A DNA stretch of 64,000 bases from Clostridia bacterium (GCA_017450025.1 JAFSYJ010000016.1:5487-69486), one strand, 5' to 3'; counted from the first letter of the stretch, positions 20,487-30,912 are shown. Numbers and translations: made by a program. The notes: generated by a model not told the origin, from the letters alone.

Positions 20487-22213
20487 TATTCTACCTCCTT
20501 TGAAAGCGCACCGAACTTGCAGATGTTCTGACACAGTCCGCAGCCGTTGCAGAGAGTTTCGTCAATTACAACGCCGTCTTTAAAGCTGATAGCGGGGCAG
20601 CCTATCTTCATACACATACGGCATTTTTTGCACTTGTCCGGATTAACATACATTTTGCCCTCAAACTTAACGCTCTTTAAAAGCGCACACGGACGCTGTG
20701 CAATAATGACCGAAGGTTCAGACTGTGCAACTTCTTCTCTTACGACCTTTTCAAATTTATCCACATCAAACGGGTCGCATACCGTAACTCTGTCGATACC
20801 GCACGCCTTACACAAAAGCTCAAGGTCAACCTGCTTTGTAGCCTCGCCTTTAAGTGTTTTGCCTGTCGTGGGGTTGTCCTGATGCCCTGTCATACCCGTT
20901 ATGGAGTTGTCAAGGATAATAACAGTTGATGTACCTTTGTTATATACTATGTCGATAAGACCTGTTATGCCTGAGTGCATAAAGGTAGAATCACCGATAA
21001 TTGCAACCGTTTTGTCCGATTTGCCTGTTGCCTTTTCCATACCGTGAGCCATGCTTACGCTACCACCCATACAAAGACATGTGTCAATGCTTTCAAGCGG
21101 AGCGAGCGCGCCGAGCGTATAGCAGCCTATGTCGCCCGTAACGCGCAGACCGATTTTCTTTAATACATAGTGCATACCTCTGTGAGGGCAACCCGGGCAG
21201 AGAACAGGCGGACGCGGCGGAACGGCTTCGTCAGCGGTTTTAATATCCGTGATTTTTTTGCCGAAAACACGCTCTTTTACAAGGTCTGCGGAGTATTCTC
21301 CAAGCAGAGTGAGAATGTTTTTGCCGTCGCAATTAATACCGAGAGCTTTAACATGGTTTTCAATAATCGGGTCAAGCTCCTCAATTACGACAAGTCTGTC
21401 AACCTTTGCCGCAAACTCTTTTATAAGCTTTTGGGGGAGAGGATATACCATACCCAGCTTTAAAAAGCTTGCATCGGGGCACGCTTCTTTTGCGTATTGA
21501 TAGCAGTCGCCTGCCGTGATAATGCCTATCTTTTTGTCGCCGTATTCAATCTTGTTAATTCCCGATTCGTCGGCATAATCCGTAAGAGCGGCACAGCGTT
21601 CCTCAACAACAATATGGCGGCGTTTTGCCATACCGGGCATCATAACATATTTCATAGCGTCCTTTTTATAGGGAATAAGTTCTCTCTCGTCACGCTCAAA
21701 AAGCTCCACAAGGCTCTGCGAGTGTGAAATACGCGTAGTCAAACGCAGTAAAACGGGAGTGTCGTACTTTTCGCTGAGTTCGTACGCAAGCTTTGTATAA
21801 TCGCGGCACTCGGAGCTGTCTGACGGCTCGAGCATCGGGATTTTAGACGCCGCAGCATAGTGGCGGCTGTCCTGTTCGTTTTGTGACGAGTGCATACCGG
21901 GGTCATCTGCAACGCATATAACAAGCCCGCCCGAAACACCTGTGTAAGACGCCGTAAAAAGCGGGTCTGCAGCAACATTCAAGCCGACATGCTTCATACA
22001 GGACATCGAGCGCGCACCTGCAACAGACGCGCCTGTGCTGACTTCAAGAGCAACCTTTTCGTTAGGAGCCCATTCTGCATATATTTCAGGGTATTTAGCT
22101 GCAAATTCTGAAATTTCGGTACTCGGTGTGCCGGGATAAGACGCGACGACCTTTACCCCTGCTTCATAAGCACCTCTTGCAACTGCTTCATTGCCAAGCA
22201 TTAACTTTTTCAT
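20486..22213 (-). CDS. iorA: Indolepyruvate ferredoxin oxidoreductase subunit alpha
   Basis: TPP-binding region (GDSTFMHSGITGL) and two C-terminal 4Fe-4S ferredoxin motifs (CKKCRMCMKIGCP, CNGCGLCQNICKFG). The 575 aa length is typical of IorA. Confidence 0.9.
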   Translation of the reverse strand: MKKLMLGNEAVARGAYEAGVKVVASYPGTPSTEISEFAAKYPEIYAEWAPNEKVALEVSTGASVAGARSMSCMKHVGLNVAADPLFTASYTGVSGGLVICVADDPGMHSSQNEQDSRHYAAASKIPMLEPSDSSECRDYTKLAYELSEKYDTPVLLRLTTRISHSQSLVELFERDERELIPYKKDAMKYVMMPGMAKRRHIVVEERCAALTDYADESGINKIEYGDKKIGIITAGDCYQYAKEACPDASFLKLGMVYPLPQKLIKEFAAKVDRLVVIEELDPIIENHVKALGINCDGKNILTLLGEYSADLVKERVFGKKITDIKTADEAVPPRPPVLCPGCPHRGMHYVLKKIGLRVTGDIGCYTLGALAPLESIDTCLCMGGSVSMAHGMEKATGKSDKTVAIIGDSTFMHSGITGLIDIVYNKGTSTVIILDNSITGMTGHQDNPTTGKTLKGEATKQVDLELLCKACGIDRVTVCDPFDVDKFEKVVREEVAQSEPSVIIAQRPCALLKSVKFEGKMYVNPDKCKKCRMCMKIGCPAISFKDGVVIDETLCNGCGLCQNICKFGALSKEVE

Positions 22214-22227
22214 TATTTTTACCTCGC

Positions 22228-23862
22228 TTAATGTTTTGTTTGTGCCGTGACAAGACTTTCGCCGCAGTAAATTTGGCGAAGCTTCGGCTTTTCTATTTTG
22301 CCTGTCGGATTTCTCGGTATTTCCGCAAAAATTATCTTGCGCGGACGCTTGTATTTCGGCATTTCAAGGCAAAAGTCGTTGACTTCTTCTTCTGTAAGCT
22401 CAAAGCCCTGCTTTACCTCAATAATAGCCGCGGCGATTTCGCCGAGACGCTCGTCAGGAAGCCCGATAACAGCGACATCTTTAACGGCGTTGTGCTTTCT
22501 GATAAAGTCCTCTATCTGAACGGGATAGAGGTTTTCGCCGCCCGAAATAATAACATCTTTTTTGCGGTCAACGAGAAAGATAAATCCGTCTTCGTCTTCT
22601 TGCGCCATATCGCCTGTATATAACCACTCGCCGTGTAAAACCTCGGCGGTGGACTTTGGGTCGTTGTAGTAGCACTTCATAACGCCGGGGCCCGCAACCG
22701 CAAGCTCACCGACTTCGCCGCGTGCAACCTCACTTCCGTTTTCGTCTATTATTTTTGTTTTCCAGCCGTAGCCTGCTTTGCCGATAGCGCCGACCTTGTT
22801 GATGTTTTCAACGCCGAGGTGAACACAACCCGGGCCTATTGACTCGCTGAGGCCGTAGTTTGTGTCGTATTCGTGATTTGGGAAAACGGACTTCCAGCGC
22901 TTTATTAAACTTGGCGGAACAGGCTGCGCGCCTATATGCATAAGCCGCCAATGCGAAAGGTCGTATTTAGAAAGGTCAATGTCTCCGCGTTCGATGGAAT
23001 CGAGAATATCCTGCGCCCACGGAACGAGAAGCCATACGATAGTGCAGCGCTCCTCCGAAACTGCGCGGATTATCCATTCGGGCTTAACGCCTTTAAGAAG
23101 AACGGCTTTGCTCCCCGAAATAAGACTGCCGAACCAGTGCATCTTTGCGCCCGTGTGATAGAGGGGAGGAATGCAAAGGAAGTTGTCTCCGCGCGCTTGC
23201 GAGTGGTGATTTTGCTCAACCCTACACGAATGAACAAGCGCCGCGTGGTCGTGGAGTATCGCCTTCGGAAAGCCCGTAGTACCCGACGAAAAATAAATCG
23301 CGGAATAATCGGAATCCGTTATCTGTATATCGGGAGAAGCAGAGCGACAATAAGTTACAAGCCTGTCGTAGCTTTCTGCAAATGTGGGGCAGTTTTTGCC
23401 CACATAAAATATCTGCCCGACATTCGGTATCTGACCGCATATTTCTTCAACTCTGCCGATAAATTCAGGTCCGAACACAAGCGTTGTGGAATCAGATAAT
23501 CCGAGGCAGTATTTGATTTCTGCTGCGGTGTATCTGTAATTTAAAGGAACAGCGATAGCGCCTGCCTTAAGAACGCCAAAGTAGATAGGCAGCCACTCAA
23601 GGCAGTTCATCAAAAGTATTGCGACCTTGTCGCCCTTTTTGATACCGCGGCTTAACAAAAGGTTTGCAAATTTGTTTGCCTTGCGGTCAAACTCGTTCCA
23701 AGTAAGCTCCTGCCTGCCGCTTTCTTCGGGATTGGGCTGGATAAGCGCGTATTCCTTCCAGGTTATTTTTGCTGTCTCCATCATATGTGGAGCAATTTCA
23801 ACAAGTGCTACTTCATCGGGGTATTCTCTTGCATTTCTCTCTAAAAATTCAGTAATTGGCAT
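22228..23862 (-). CDS. AMP-forming acyl-CoA synthetase (class I adenylate-forming enzyme)
   Basis: AMP-binding motifs YFSSGTTGFPKAI, YGLSE, YTGDMA and GKIEKPKL. The ATG at 23862 (MPITEF) has GGAG at suitable spacing; the upstream ATG at 23871 does not. Confidence 0.85.
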   Translation of the reverse strand: MPITEFLERNAREYPDEVALVEIAPHMMETAKITWKEYALIQPNPEESGRQELTWNEFDRKANKFANLLLSRGIKKGDKVAILLMNCLEWLPIYFGVLKAGAIAVPLNYRYTAAEIKYCLGLSDSTTLVFGPEFIGRVEEICGQIPNVGQIFYVGKNCPTFAESYDRLVTYCRSASPDIQITDSDYSAIYFSSGTTGFPKAILHDHAALVHSCRVEQNHHSQARGDNFLCIPPLYHTGAKMHWFGSLISGSKAVLLKGVKPEWIIRAVSEERCTIVWLLVPWAQDILDSIERGDIDLSKYDLSHWRLMHIGAQPVPPSLIKRWKSVFPNHEYDTNYGLSESIGPGCVHLGVENINKVGAIGKAGYGWKTKIIDENGSEVARGEVGELAVAGPGVMKCYYNDPKSTAEVLHGEWLYTGDMAQEDEDGFIFLVDRKKDVIISGGENLYPVQIEDFIRKHNAVKDVAVIGLPDERLGEIAAAIIEVKQGFELTEEEVNDFCLEMPKYKRPRKIIFAEIPRNPTGKIEKPKLRQIYCGESLVTAQTKH

Positions 23863-23931
23863 AAAGTTCATCTCCGTTGTTTACAAGATTAACAGCAGAG
23901 AACACATAGCTCTCTGCTGTAAAAATTTATA

Positions 23932-25503
23932 CTATTCGCTGAGCGATTCCTTTGCAGAAACCGTAACCTTTTCGTCATATCCCTTAAAGGCTTCGTCAAC
24001 AAGGCTTTGCGCCGGCTTTTTGGTAAACAGGCTGACAATGGGAACAAGTATAAGTCCGAGAACCATCGCCAAAACGCCTGAACGCAAGGAATTAGCAAAC
24101 ATATATTCGATAAAAGCGCCGCTGCCTGCGACCGATACGACCTTGAGCGATATAAGCATCTGGAATATCATAAGTCCTACGCCTACGATAAAGCTTACCC
24201 AGACAGAAGCCTTTGTAGCGCCCTTCCAATATAAGCCGTACAGGAACGGAGCGAGAAATGCGCCTGCCAAAGCGCCCCACGATACGCCCATCATCTGTGC
24301 GATAAACGAGAAGTTAAACTTGTCTTTTATAACCGCGATAACAGCCGATATAATTATAAAGAACACAATGAAAACGCGTAGCGTAATGAGCTTTTTCTTT
24401 TCGGTAAAGTCCTTTTTAGCAGCCGGTGCGATAACATCGAGCGTTAGCGTGGAGCTTGATGTCAGAACAAGTGAAGAAAGTGTTGACATCGAAGCCGCAA
24501 GCACCAAAACGATTACGATTGCGATTATAAGCTCTGGCAAGGTGCTGAGCATTGTGGGAACTATCGTATCAAAAAGCGGAGCACCCGTTGCGGGATTCAT
24601 CTGTACCTTGTCTGCATACAGTCTGCCGAATCCGCCAAGGAAGTAGCAGCCGCCTGCAACGATTATAGCAAATGCCGTTGAGATTATCGTACCTTTTTTG
24701 ATGTCGCCTTCACTCTTTATGGAGTAGAATTTGCCGACCATTTGCGGCAGACCCCAAGTTCCCAAAGAGGTGAGGAGAATAACAAACACGAGTGAGAGCG
24801 GGTCAGGACCGAAAAACGAAACATACGCGCCGTTTATGCCGTTTGCCGCGCCTTCGGAAAGCTTTGTAACAGCGCCCATAAGACCGCCGTGAGATGCCAG
24901 CGTTGCTCCGATGACCGCGATGATGCCGACAAGCATAATAAGCCCTTGAATAAAGTCGTTTATAGCGGTTGCCATGTATCCGCCCAAGATTACATAAATG
25001 CCTGTCAAAACAGCCATTATAAGAATGCAAACCCAATACGGCATATTAAACGCCATGTTAAAAAGGCTTGAAAGTCCGTTGTAAAGTGATGCGGTGTAGG
25101 GGATCATAAATACAAAAACGATTATTGACGCCGCAATTTTAAGAGCCTTGCTGTCATAACGCTTTGCAAAGAAGTCGGGCATTGTCTTGCTGTCGATATG
25201 TTGAGTCATAATTCTGGTGCGCCTGCCCAAGATAAGCCAAGCGAGAAGTGAGCCGATAAAGGCGTTGCCGAGACCTATCCAGGTTGACGCAAGGCCAAAC
25301 GACCAGCCGAACTGACCTGCGTAGCCGACAAAGATAACTGCCGAAAAATAAGATGTGCCGAAGGCAAAAGCCGTCAGCCACGGACCGACGCTTCTGCCGC
25401 CGAGGACAAAACCGTCAACATCCTTTGAGCTTTTGCGGCAATACAGACCAACGCCTATCATAACCGCAAAAAATACGAGTAAGAGCGCAATTTTCAAAAA
25501 CAT
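23932..25503 (-). CDS. Sodium:solute symporter (SSS) family transporter
   Basis: About 13 predicted TM helices with SSS-family-like sequence. It is the first gene of the operon. The ATG at 25503 is preceded by GGAAGG. Confidence 0.85.
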   Translation of the reverse strand: MFLKIALLLVFFAVMIGVGLYCRKSSKDVDGFVLGGRSVGPWLTAFAFGTSYFSAVIFVGYAGQFGWSFGLASTWIGLGNAFIGSLLAWLILGRRTRIMTQHIDSKTMPDFFAKRYDSKALKIAASIIVFVFMIPYTASLYNGLSSLFNMAFNMPYWVCILIMAVLTGIYVILGGYMATAINDFIQGLIMLVGIIAVIGATLASHGGLMGAVTKLSEGAANGINGAYVSFFGPDPLSLVFVILLTSLGTWGLPQMVGKFYSIKSEGDIKKGTIISTAFAIIVAGGCYFLGGFGRLYADKVQMNPATGAPLFDTIVPTMLSTLPELIIAIVIVLVLAASMSTLSSLVLTSSSTLTLDVIAPAAKKDFTEKKKLITLRVFIVFFIIISAVIAVIKDKFNFSFIAQMMGVSWGALAGAFLAPFLYGLYWKGATKASVWVSFIVGVGLMIFQMLISLKVVSVAGSGAFIEYMFANSLRSGVLAMVLGLILVPIVSLFTKKPAQSLVDEAFKGYDEKVTVSAKESLSE

Positions 25504-25572
25504 TTCTACCATCCTTCCATACTTCAAAAAATTAAACATAATGCGGAAAACATCTTCCGCTCCTACAAAATA

Positions 25573-25601
25573 CTACAAGCGTATTATATATCAAATTCCG
25601 C
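25573..25601 (-). promoter_or_regulatory. Sigma-70-type promoter for the symporter-ligase-iorAB operon
   Basis: On the minus strand: TTTACA, a 17 nt spacer, then TATAAT, about 70 nt upstream of the symporter start. Confidence 0.5.
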
Positions 25602-25625
25602 GAATTGTAAAGCCTTTTTTGGCTA

Positions 25626-27836
25626 TTATTCAAAAATTTTTGCAAATTCGTATGTTATTTTGTCGCCGATTATGGAAAAACGCAGGTATTTTGCGTCATT
25701 TTTTGTCAAATCATAATCCTGAAGGTCAACCGCAGGGTACTTTTTCAAGGTCAGATAATGCACGCCGTTTTCGATATCAACGCCGTTTGAATCACCTGCC
25801 GTGATGACAAACACGGTTTTGCCCGATTCGTATAAATCAAGCAAAATCGCTTTAAACATTGATTTTTCGCTTGCATCTGTAAAGTTATTGCCACTGCTCA
25901 GGAAAATCACCGTATTTTTGTTATCCGAATTTTTGAGGCTTATAAGGCTCTGCCATTGATTAACTCCGCCTTCAAAAACGCTTTTGGAGTTGTTAAGGCA
26001 TATAAAATCCGTGTTTTTTTGTGACGATTCCGAAAAAGCTGTCAACGGTACAACATCAGCATTATAAGAACTGAACGCAAAAACAGACTTTTCTTTCTCG
26101 GCTTTTTTTTCAATAAAATTATTTAATATGCAGTTCAAAAATGTATTGCCTTCAAGCTTTGACGGCATAACAACAAACGACGCAGACTGAACGCTACCTT
26201 GCAGAGAGTCGTAAAATTGAAAGGCTGGAGCGGTCTGCATATTTCCGTAAGCATACGCCGTTTTGCCTGCAAATGACGCGCTGACGGTTACCGTACCGCT
26301 GCAAGAGATATTTCCGTTTTTGATTTCCGCATTGCCCGAGTCTGTATCCCACACGGCATTTTCGGGCGTGATCTGTGATTTAAAGCCGTTTTCGTCAGCC
26401 GCAACAAGCGAAAGATACGCGCTTTGACCTGTAAAAACAGCAGGGTATAACGAAAGATTTGCGATATTGTCCAAAACATTTATTTCAATCTGCCCGATGA
26501 CATCGCCTGCCGTTACCGTGACAGTGCGCTTTCCTGCTGCGTTTGGATAGTAGCGGTTATCCTCAAATCTGCCGCCGTCGTCTGCCGCAAATTCAAGCGG
26601 ATATTCAAGCACGGTCGGGTTGTAGTAGTTGTCAAGCGGCGCACACCATATTTCAACGCTGTCGCCGGCAAATACATTTTCCTTCGATGCCGAAAGCGAC
26701 ATATACGCAAAATGCGCGTCTTTGCCGACTGATTTTACGCCTATGCCTGTTGATACTGCGCGTTCTGCACCCTCCGACGGCGTGTTTGCAAGCGTAATGT
26801 TGCCGTTTTTGTCGCGCAGAGCCATAGCCGTACTGCCGCCGCCGTCAAAGTTGATAGCTGTATAAGAGCCCAGCGATATCATAAGCTCCGCAAGCTCTGT
26901 CTGCGTCATTCCGGGCGTGTTTTTTTCTCTGCCCTCCACTGTTACAAGATACAGAGTTTTGCCGTCTTTTGAGATACCTGCCGCACTGCGCGGATTGTAG
27001 CCTGCTATGTTGTTTGTAAATGTCGCGACCTTGCCCTTTGACACCAAAATCGTGCCGCCGCCGACAGATGTGTCTATATCTTCTTCAATGTCGGGCGATA
27101 TGGTAACTTCGATTTCGGCATTGTCGCCTTCTTCAAAATTTTCCGCAAAAAAGTTGTTTATCGAAGGGTCAACACGCAAAACATACCCGTCAGACGGGAT
27201 AGCCGTGGGCGGCTCACCCGTTTTGATTTCGGTAACTTTGTCTTTTGACACTACCATTTCGCAGGAGCCGTCTTCCGTGCCGGGAGTTTCTGTACCCCAA
27301 TCGGGCGTAAACATAACGATTGACGCGGTGGGGTGGTACTTGTTTATATGAAGTATCTGCGCCTTGTTGCCGTTGTCCGCACATAAATAAACCTCGGTTT
27401 TGAAATAGTCGGCAATAGCCGTGTCGCCTGCAATGGCAAGGGCGGCGAGGTTTGTATCGTGCGACGCGGTAGAAATCAAATCCCCGTCTTTTACCGTAAG
27501 TCCCAAGGGCGTAGTTCTGCCCGACGGCGTCGTAAAGTCAAAAAAGTCGGCGTTTATGCCTGCAACCGCGCCGTTTGATGCTGTCATTTTGCTTGTGGTC
27601 GTTTTGTAGCTTATACCGCGCAGGTCGTACATAGATGTAACCGCTATATTTTTGTCCGTCAAATCGGCGGTCAGCACATTTACCTTTTGCCAGCCCGATG
27701 TCGTAAGGCGCTGTGTGTAGGTATGTACCAGACCGCGCGTTACGGTTTCGGTCGTTGTCTTTTCGTAAACAGTGTCAGCCGATATATTAAAGGTCATAAA
27801 AATCAAAGATAAAAATATTGTCAAAAGCTTTTTCAT
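25626..27836 (-). CDS. Secreted phosphodiester glycosidase family protein (NAGPA/DUF2233 domain) with extra C-terminal modules
   Basis: Signal peptide MKKLLTIFLSLIFMTFNISA. GINADFF and NFDGGGSTAM motifs are characteristic of the phosphodiester glycosidase domain. Confidence 0.8.
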   Translation of the reverse strand: MKKLLTIFLSLIFMTFNISADTVYEKTTTETVTRGLVHTYTQRLTTSGWQKVNVLTADLTDKNIAVTSMYDLRGISYKTTTSKMTASNGAVAGINADFFDFTTPSGRTTPLGLTVKDGDLISTASHDTNLAALAIAGDTAIADYFKTEVYLCADNGNKAQILHINKYHPTASIVMFTPDWGTETPGTEDGSCEMVVSKDKVTEIKTGEPPTAIPSDGYVLRVDPSINNFFAENFEEGDNAEIEVTISPDIEEDIDTSVGGGTILVSKGKVATFTNNIAGYNPRSAAGISKDGKTLYLVTVEGREKNTPGMTQTELAELMISLGSYTAINFDGGGSTAMALRDKNGNITLANTPSEGAERAVSTGIGVKSVGKDAHFAYMSLSASKENVFAGDSVEIWCAPLDNYYNPTVLEYPLEFAADDGGRFEDNRYYPNAAGKRTVTVTAGDVIGQIEINVLDNIANLSLYPAVFTGQSAYLSLVAADENGFKSQITPENAVWDTDSGNAEIKNGNISCSGTVTVSASFAGKTAYAYGNMQTAPAFQFYDSLQGSVQSASFVVMPSKLEGNTFLNCILNNFIEKKAEKEKSVFAFSSYNADVVPLTAFSESSQKNTDFICLNNSKSVFEGGVNQWQSLISLKNSDNKNTVIFLSSGNNFTDASEKSMFKAILLDLYESGKTVFVITAGDSNGVDIENGVHYLTLKKYPAVDLQDYDLTKNDAKYLRFSIIGDKITYEFAKIFE

Positions 27837-27970
27837 AATGTCAGTCCCTTCTTTTAAGTTAGTATAGCATATTTAATGACAAAATAAAAGAGGTATTTAA
27901 AGTTTAATATTTATGTTATATGTATGAAAAGTTAAATTTTGGGAATATTTAAAAATAAGGAAGTGATTTA

Positions 27971-28651
27971 ATGAAATTTTTAAAAAGATACACATTGGTT
28001 TTGTTTACGGGGGCTGTGCTGTTTGCACTTGCCGCGGCGGGATTTGCGGTAGAAAAAAACAGAATACTGTCCGAAGCGCCAAAAGAAACTTCGTACCGAC
28101 CCGAGGCGATATATGTACCTAAACCTGCCAAGACGGTACTGCACGAAGACGAGAGCCTGACGCCGCCTGAAGAAAAGACGGAGCAAACGGCGCAAACTGC
28201 CGCAAAAGATACAACTGCCGAAGCCGCAGAAGAAGCCGCAAATATTCCGCTTGTGTTTTCAGAGCCTATTGCGGCAGGCGTTTCGGAAGGATACAGCAAT
28301 AATGAACTTGTGTATTCGGAAACTATGAAAGACTACCGCACGCACAGCGGGCTTGACTATAAGGCAGACAGCGGAACGCCCGTATTTGCTACGGCGTACG
28401 GAACTGTCAGCAGTATAGAAAAAGACGGCAGCTACGGACTTGCCGTAACTATCGACCACGGCGGCGGACTTGAAAGCGTTTACGCCTCGCTGGGAGAGTG
28501 CTGCGTAAGCGTCGGCGATACCGTGGAACGCGGAGATACGATCGCGACCGTCGGAGACAGCGCAAGCGTTGAAAGCGCGGAAGGCTCGCACTTGCACTTT
28601 GAAGTAAAAAGAGACGGACAAACAGTAAATCCCGTAGAACTTATAGGATAA
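27971..28651 (+). CDS. M23 family metallopeptidase, membrane-anchored
   Basis: N-terminal TM segment. M23 motifs HSGLDYKADSGTPVFA and GSHLHFEV are present. Confidence 0.85.
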   Translation: MKFLKRYTLVLFTGAVLFALAAAGFAVEKNRILSEAPKETSYRPEAIYVPKPAKTVLHEDESLTPPEEKTEQTAQTAAKDTTAEAAEEAANIPLVFSEPIAAGVSEGYSNNELVYSETMKDYRTHSGLDYKADSGTPVFATAYGTVSSIEKDGSYGLAVTIDHGGGLESVYASLGECCVSVGDTVERGDTIATVGDSASVESAEGSHLHFEVKRDGQTVNPVELIG

Positions 28652-28652
28652 C

Positions 28653-28955
28653 TTATCCCAGCGACAGCGAGACGATATTGTCAAATTCGATTTTAGTTTT
28701 TACTATTGTAACTGTGCGGAAGGTGAAATCTACGGCGGATACCATTCCTTCGGTGGATATGTATTCGCCGTCCGAATAATGCACGGCTGTTATGATAATT
28801 CCCTTTTTTATCTGCGATATTTTGTCCGAAAGCACCTGCGCTTCGTCCTCGGCAAGCTCGCGTTTGGGGACTTTTACGCGCTCCTTTTCGGCAATTAAGT
28901 CCATATATCCTTTTAGCGCCGCAAACGGCATAAACTGTCTTGCTCTGTCACTCAC
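28653..28955 (-). CDS. YolD-like protein (accessory to a Y-family polymerase)
   Basis: MSDRARQFMPFAALKGY is the YolD-family N-terminal motif. It overlaps the 3' end of the upstream polymerase gene by 8 nt, as in the B. subtilis uvrX-yolD / yqjW-yqjX pairs. Confidence 0.8.
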   Translation of the reverse strand: MSDRARQFMPFAALKGYMDLIAEKERVKVPKRELAEDEAQVLSDKISQIKKGIIITAVHYSDGEYISTEGMVSAVDFTFRTVTIVKTKIEFDNIVSLSLG

Positions 28956-30207
28956 CGTTGTGACCTCCTATCAGCTTGTTTCGTATTTGCGCAGTTGCTT
29001 TTTCTTCAAGATTCATACCTTTTATTACGGCGTTTTTGCCGTATTTTTTCTTTATTGCGATAATTGCCTTTTGCTTGCTCCGTTCCTTTTCGTCTTCAAT
29101 AACATCAGGCAGAAAGCTCAATGTGAGAAAGTCCTCGCTAATGAGGTTGTTAAGTCCGATGTTTATTCTGCGAATAGGGTGGCCGCGCCGCGTTGTTGCG
29201 TTGTAGTAATCAATAAAGTAGTGCATAAGCTTTTTTTCGGAATTTGTGTAGTCGGAAATCTTTTTTGTGCCGCCCGTTGATTTTACTTCGTTGTTTGAGT
29301 ATCCGATGTTAAGCGTTATCGAGTTTGTGACAAGACCTTTTTCGACAATTTCGGGAACGAGCAGGTCGACCATTTCCTTCATGGCGAGAAGCGCGTCATC
29401 GTAGCCGTAATCCGAGAACAGTATCTGCCCGTTTGAGACAGAATTCGTCGACGGCTTGTATTCCTTTATTTCGCGTATAGTGCAGGGCTCAATGCCTTTT
29501 GAGTGGTCTATCAAAAATTCCGCATTGACGCCGAACTCTTTGTAGAGGACTTTTTCGTCGGTGTGCGCGATGCCGTAAAGGTCAAATATAGCGTGCTTTT
29601 CAAGCCGCTTTGCGACGCCTTTGCCGATATTCCATATATCAGTTATAGGTCTGTGATGCCATATCTGCTCGCGGAACATTGCCTCGTCAAGAATACCGAT
29701 GCGGTCGGGCGCGTGCTTTGCCGTAATATCAAGCGCGACCTTTGCGAGAAACAAGTTTGTGCCTATTCCGACAGTGGCGCTGATGCCTGTTTCCGCAAAT
29801 ACGGCGTCGAGCAGCATTTGCGCCATCTGGCGTCCTGTCTTGCGGTACAGCGGCAGATAGTGCGTGATGTCAAAAAAGCACTCGTCTATCGAATATACAT
29901 GAATATCCTCCGCAGCGACATATTTTAAGTATATGGAATAAATTTTGGCGGAATATTCCATATATAGCTTCATACGCGGAATAGCTGTTATATATTTGAC
30001 CGTGTCGGGTATTTCAAAAATACGGCATCGGTTTTTGATGCCGAGCTTTTTCATAGGCGGAGTTATGGCAAGACAAATCCCGCCCCTGCCACGCGAAGGG
30101 TCAGCGACGACAAGGTTTTCGCGGAGTGGGTCAAGACCGCGCTCGACACATTCGACAGACGCGTAAAAGCTCTTTAAATCTATACATAAATATATTTTTT
30201 GCTTCAT
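28948..30207 (-). CDS. Y-family (translesion) DNA polymerase, UvrX/DinB-like
   Basis: IDLKSFYASVECVERGLDP, YSIDECFFD and GIGTNLFLAKVA motifs. The ATG at 30207 gives the MKQKIYLCIDLKSFYASVE start. Confidence 0.9.
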   Translation of the reverse strand: MKQKIYLCIDLKSFYASVECVERGLDPLRENLVVADPSRGRGGICLAITPPMKKLGIKNRCRIFEIPDTVKYITAIPRMKLYMEYSAKIYSIYLKYVAAEDIHVYSIDECFFDITHYLPLYRKTGRQMAQMLLDAVFAETGISATVGIGTNLFLAKVALDITAKHAPDRIGILDEAMFREQIWHHRPITDIWNIGKGVAKRLEKHAIFDLYGIAHTDEKVLYKEFGVNAEFLIDHSKGIEPCTIREIKEYKPSTNSVSNGQILFSDYGYDDALLAMKEMVDLLVPEIVEKGLVTNSITLNIGYSNNEVKSTGGTKKISDYTNSEKKLMHYFIDYYNATTRRGHPIRRINIGLNNLISEDFLTLSFLPDVIEDEKERSKQKAIIAIKKKYGKNAVIKGMNLEEKATAQIRNKLIGGHNGE

Positions 30208-30295
30208 TTTTCTCACCGATTTGATTTTATCATACGCAGGTTTTGGTGTCAAGGAGCAGAAAATGTAAAAATTTTGCCGTGGTGTATGTTAATGC

Positions 30296-30324
30296 TTGAC
30301 AGTAAAATTTGTGTTTGATAAAAT
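30296..30324 (+). promoter_or_regulatory. Sigma-70-type promoter upstream of the nitroreductase gene
   Basis: TTGACA (30296-30301), a 17 nt spacer, then TAAAAT (30319-30324). Confidence 0.5.
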
Positions 30325-30393
30325 GTAACTATATGAAATAAGTTAAAAAAGCTGTTAACCCGATATTGTAAAAAATTATAGGAGGAAATAGTT

Positions 30394-30912
30394 ATGTCAG
30401 AAACACTTAAAACATTAAAATCAAGGCGCAGCTGCCGTGCTTACAAACCTGATTTAATAGAGGAAGAAAAGTTAAACGCAATTATAGAAGCAGGAACTTA
30501 TGCAGCAACGGGAATGGGCAGGCAGTCACCGATAATTATAGCAGTGACAGACAGAAAAATGCGGGATAAGCTGTCCAAGATGAATGCGAAAATTATGGGT
30601 ATGGACAACGACCCGTTTTACGGCGCACCGGAATTACTGATTGTTCTTGCCGATAAGGATATACCGACCTATATATATGACGGAAGCCTTGTTATGGGTA
30701 ATATGATGAACGCTGCTGAAGACCTTGGCGTTGCAAATTGTTGGATACACAGGGCAAAGGAAGAATTTGAGAGCGATGATGGCAAAAAAATACTTAATGA
30801 ACTCGGCATAGAAGGTAATTATGAGGGAATAGGTCACCTCATTCTCGGCTATGCCGCAAAGCCCTTCGGCATAGCTGCGCCCCGAAAGAGCAACTATGTT
30901 TACCGCGTATGA
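30394..30912 (+). CDS. Nitroreductase family protein
   Basis: LKSRRSCRAYK is the N-terminal FMN-binding motif. The length is about 170 aa and RBS AGGAGG lies upstream. Confidence 0.85.
   Translation: MSETLKTLKSRRSCRAYKPDLIEEEKLNAIIEAGTYAATGMGRQSPIIIAVTDRKMRDKLSKMNAKIMGMDNDPFYGAPELLIVLADKDIPTYIYDGSLVMGNMMNAAEDLGVANCWIHRAKEEFESDDGKKILNELGIEGNYEGIGHLILGYAAKPFGIAAPRKSNYVYRV

Noticed and set aside
23627-24646. 339 aa plus-strand ORF spanning the acyl-CoA ligase / symporter genes
   Set aside because: It is antisense to two well-supported genes and crosses their intergenic region. It is a Ser/Ile-rich low-complexity sequence with no recognisable motifs.
30208-30393. Expected LexA (Cheo) box upstream of the Y-family polymerase
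   Set aside because: I found no GAAC-N4-GTTC-type palindrome in the divergent promoter region by eye. I therefore make no SOS-regulation claim.
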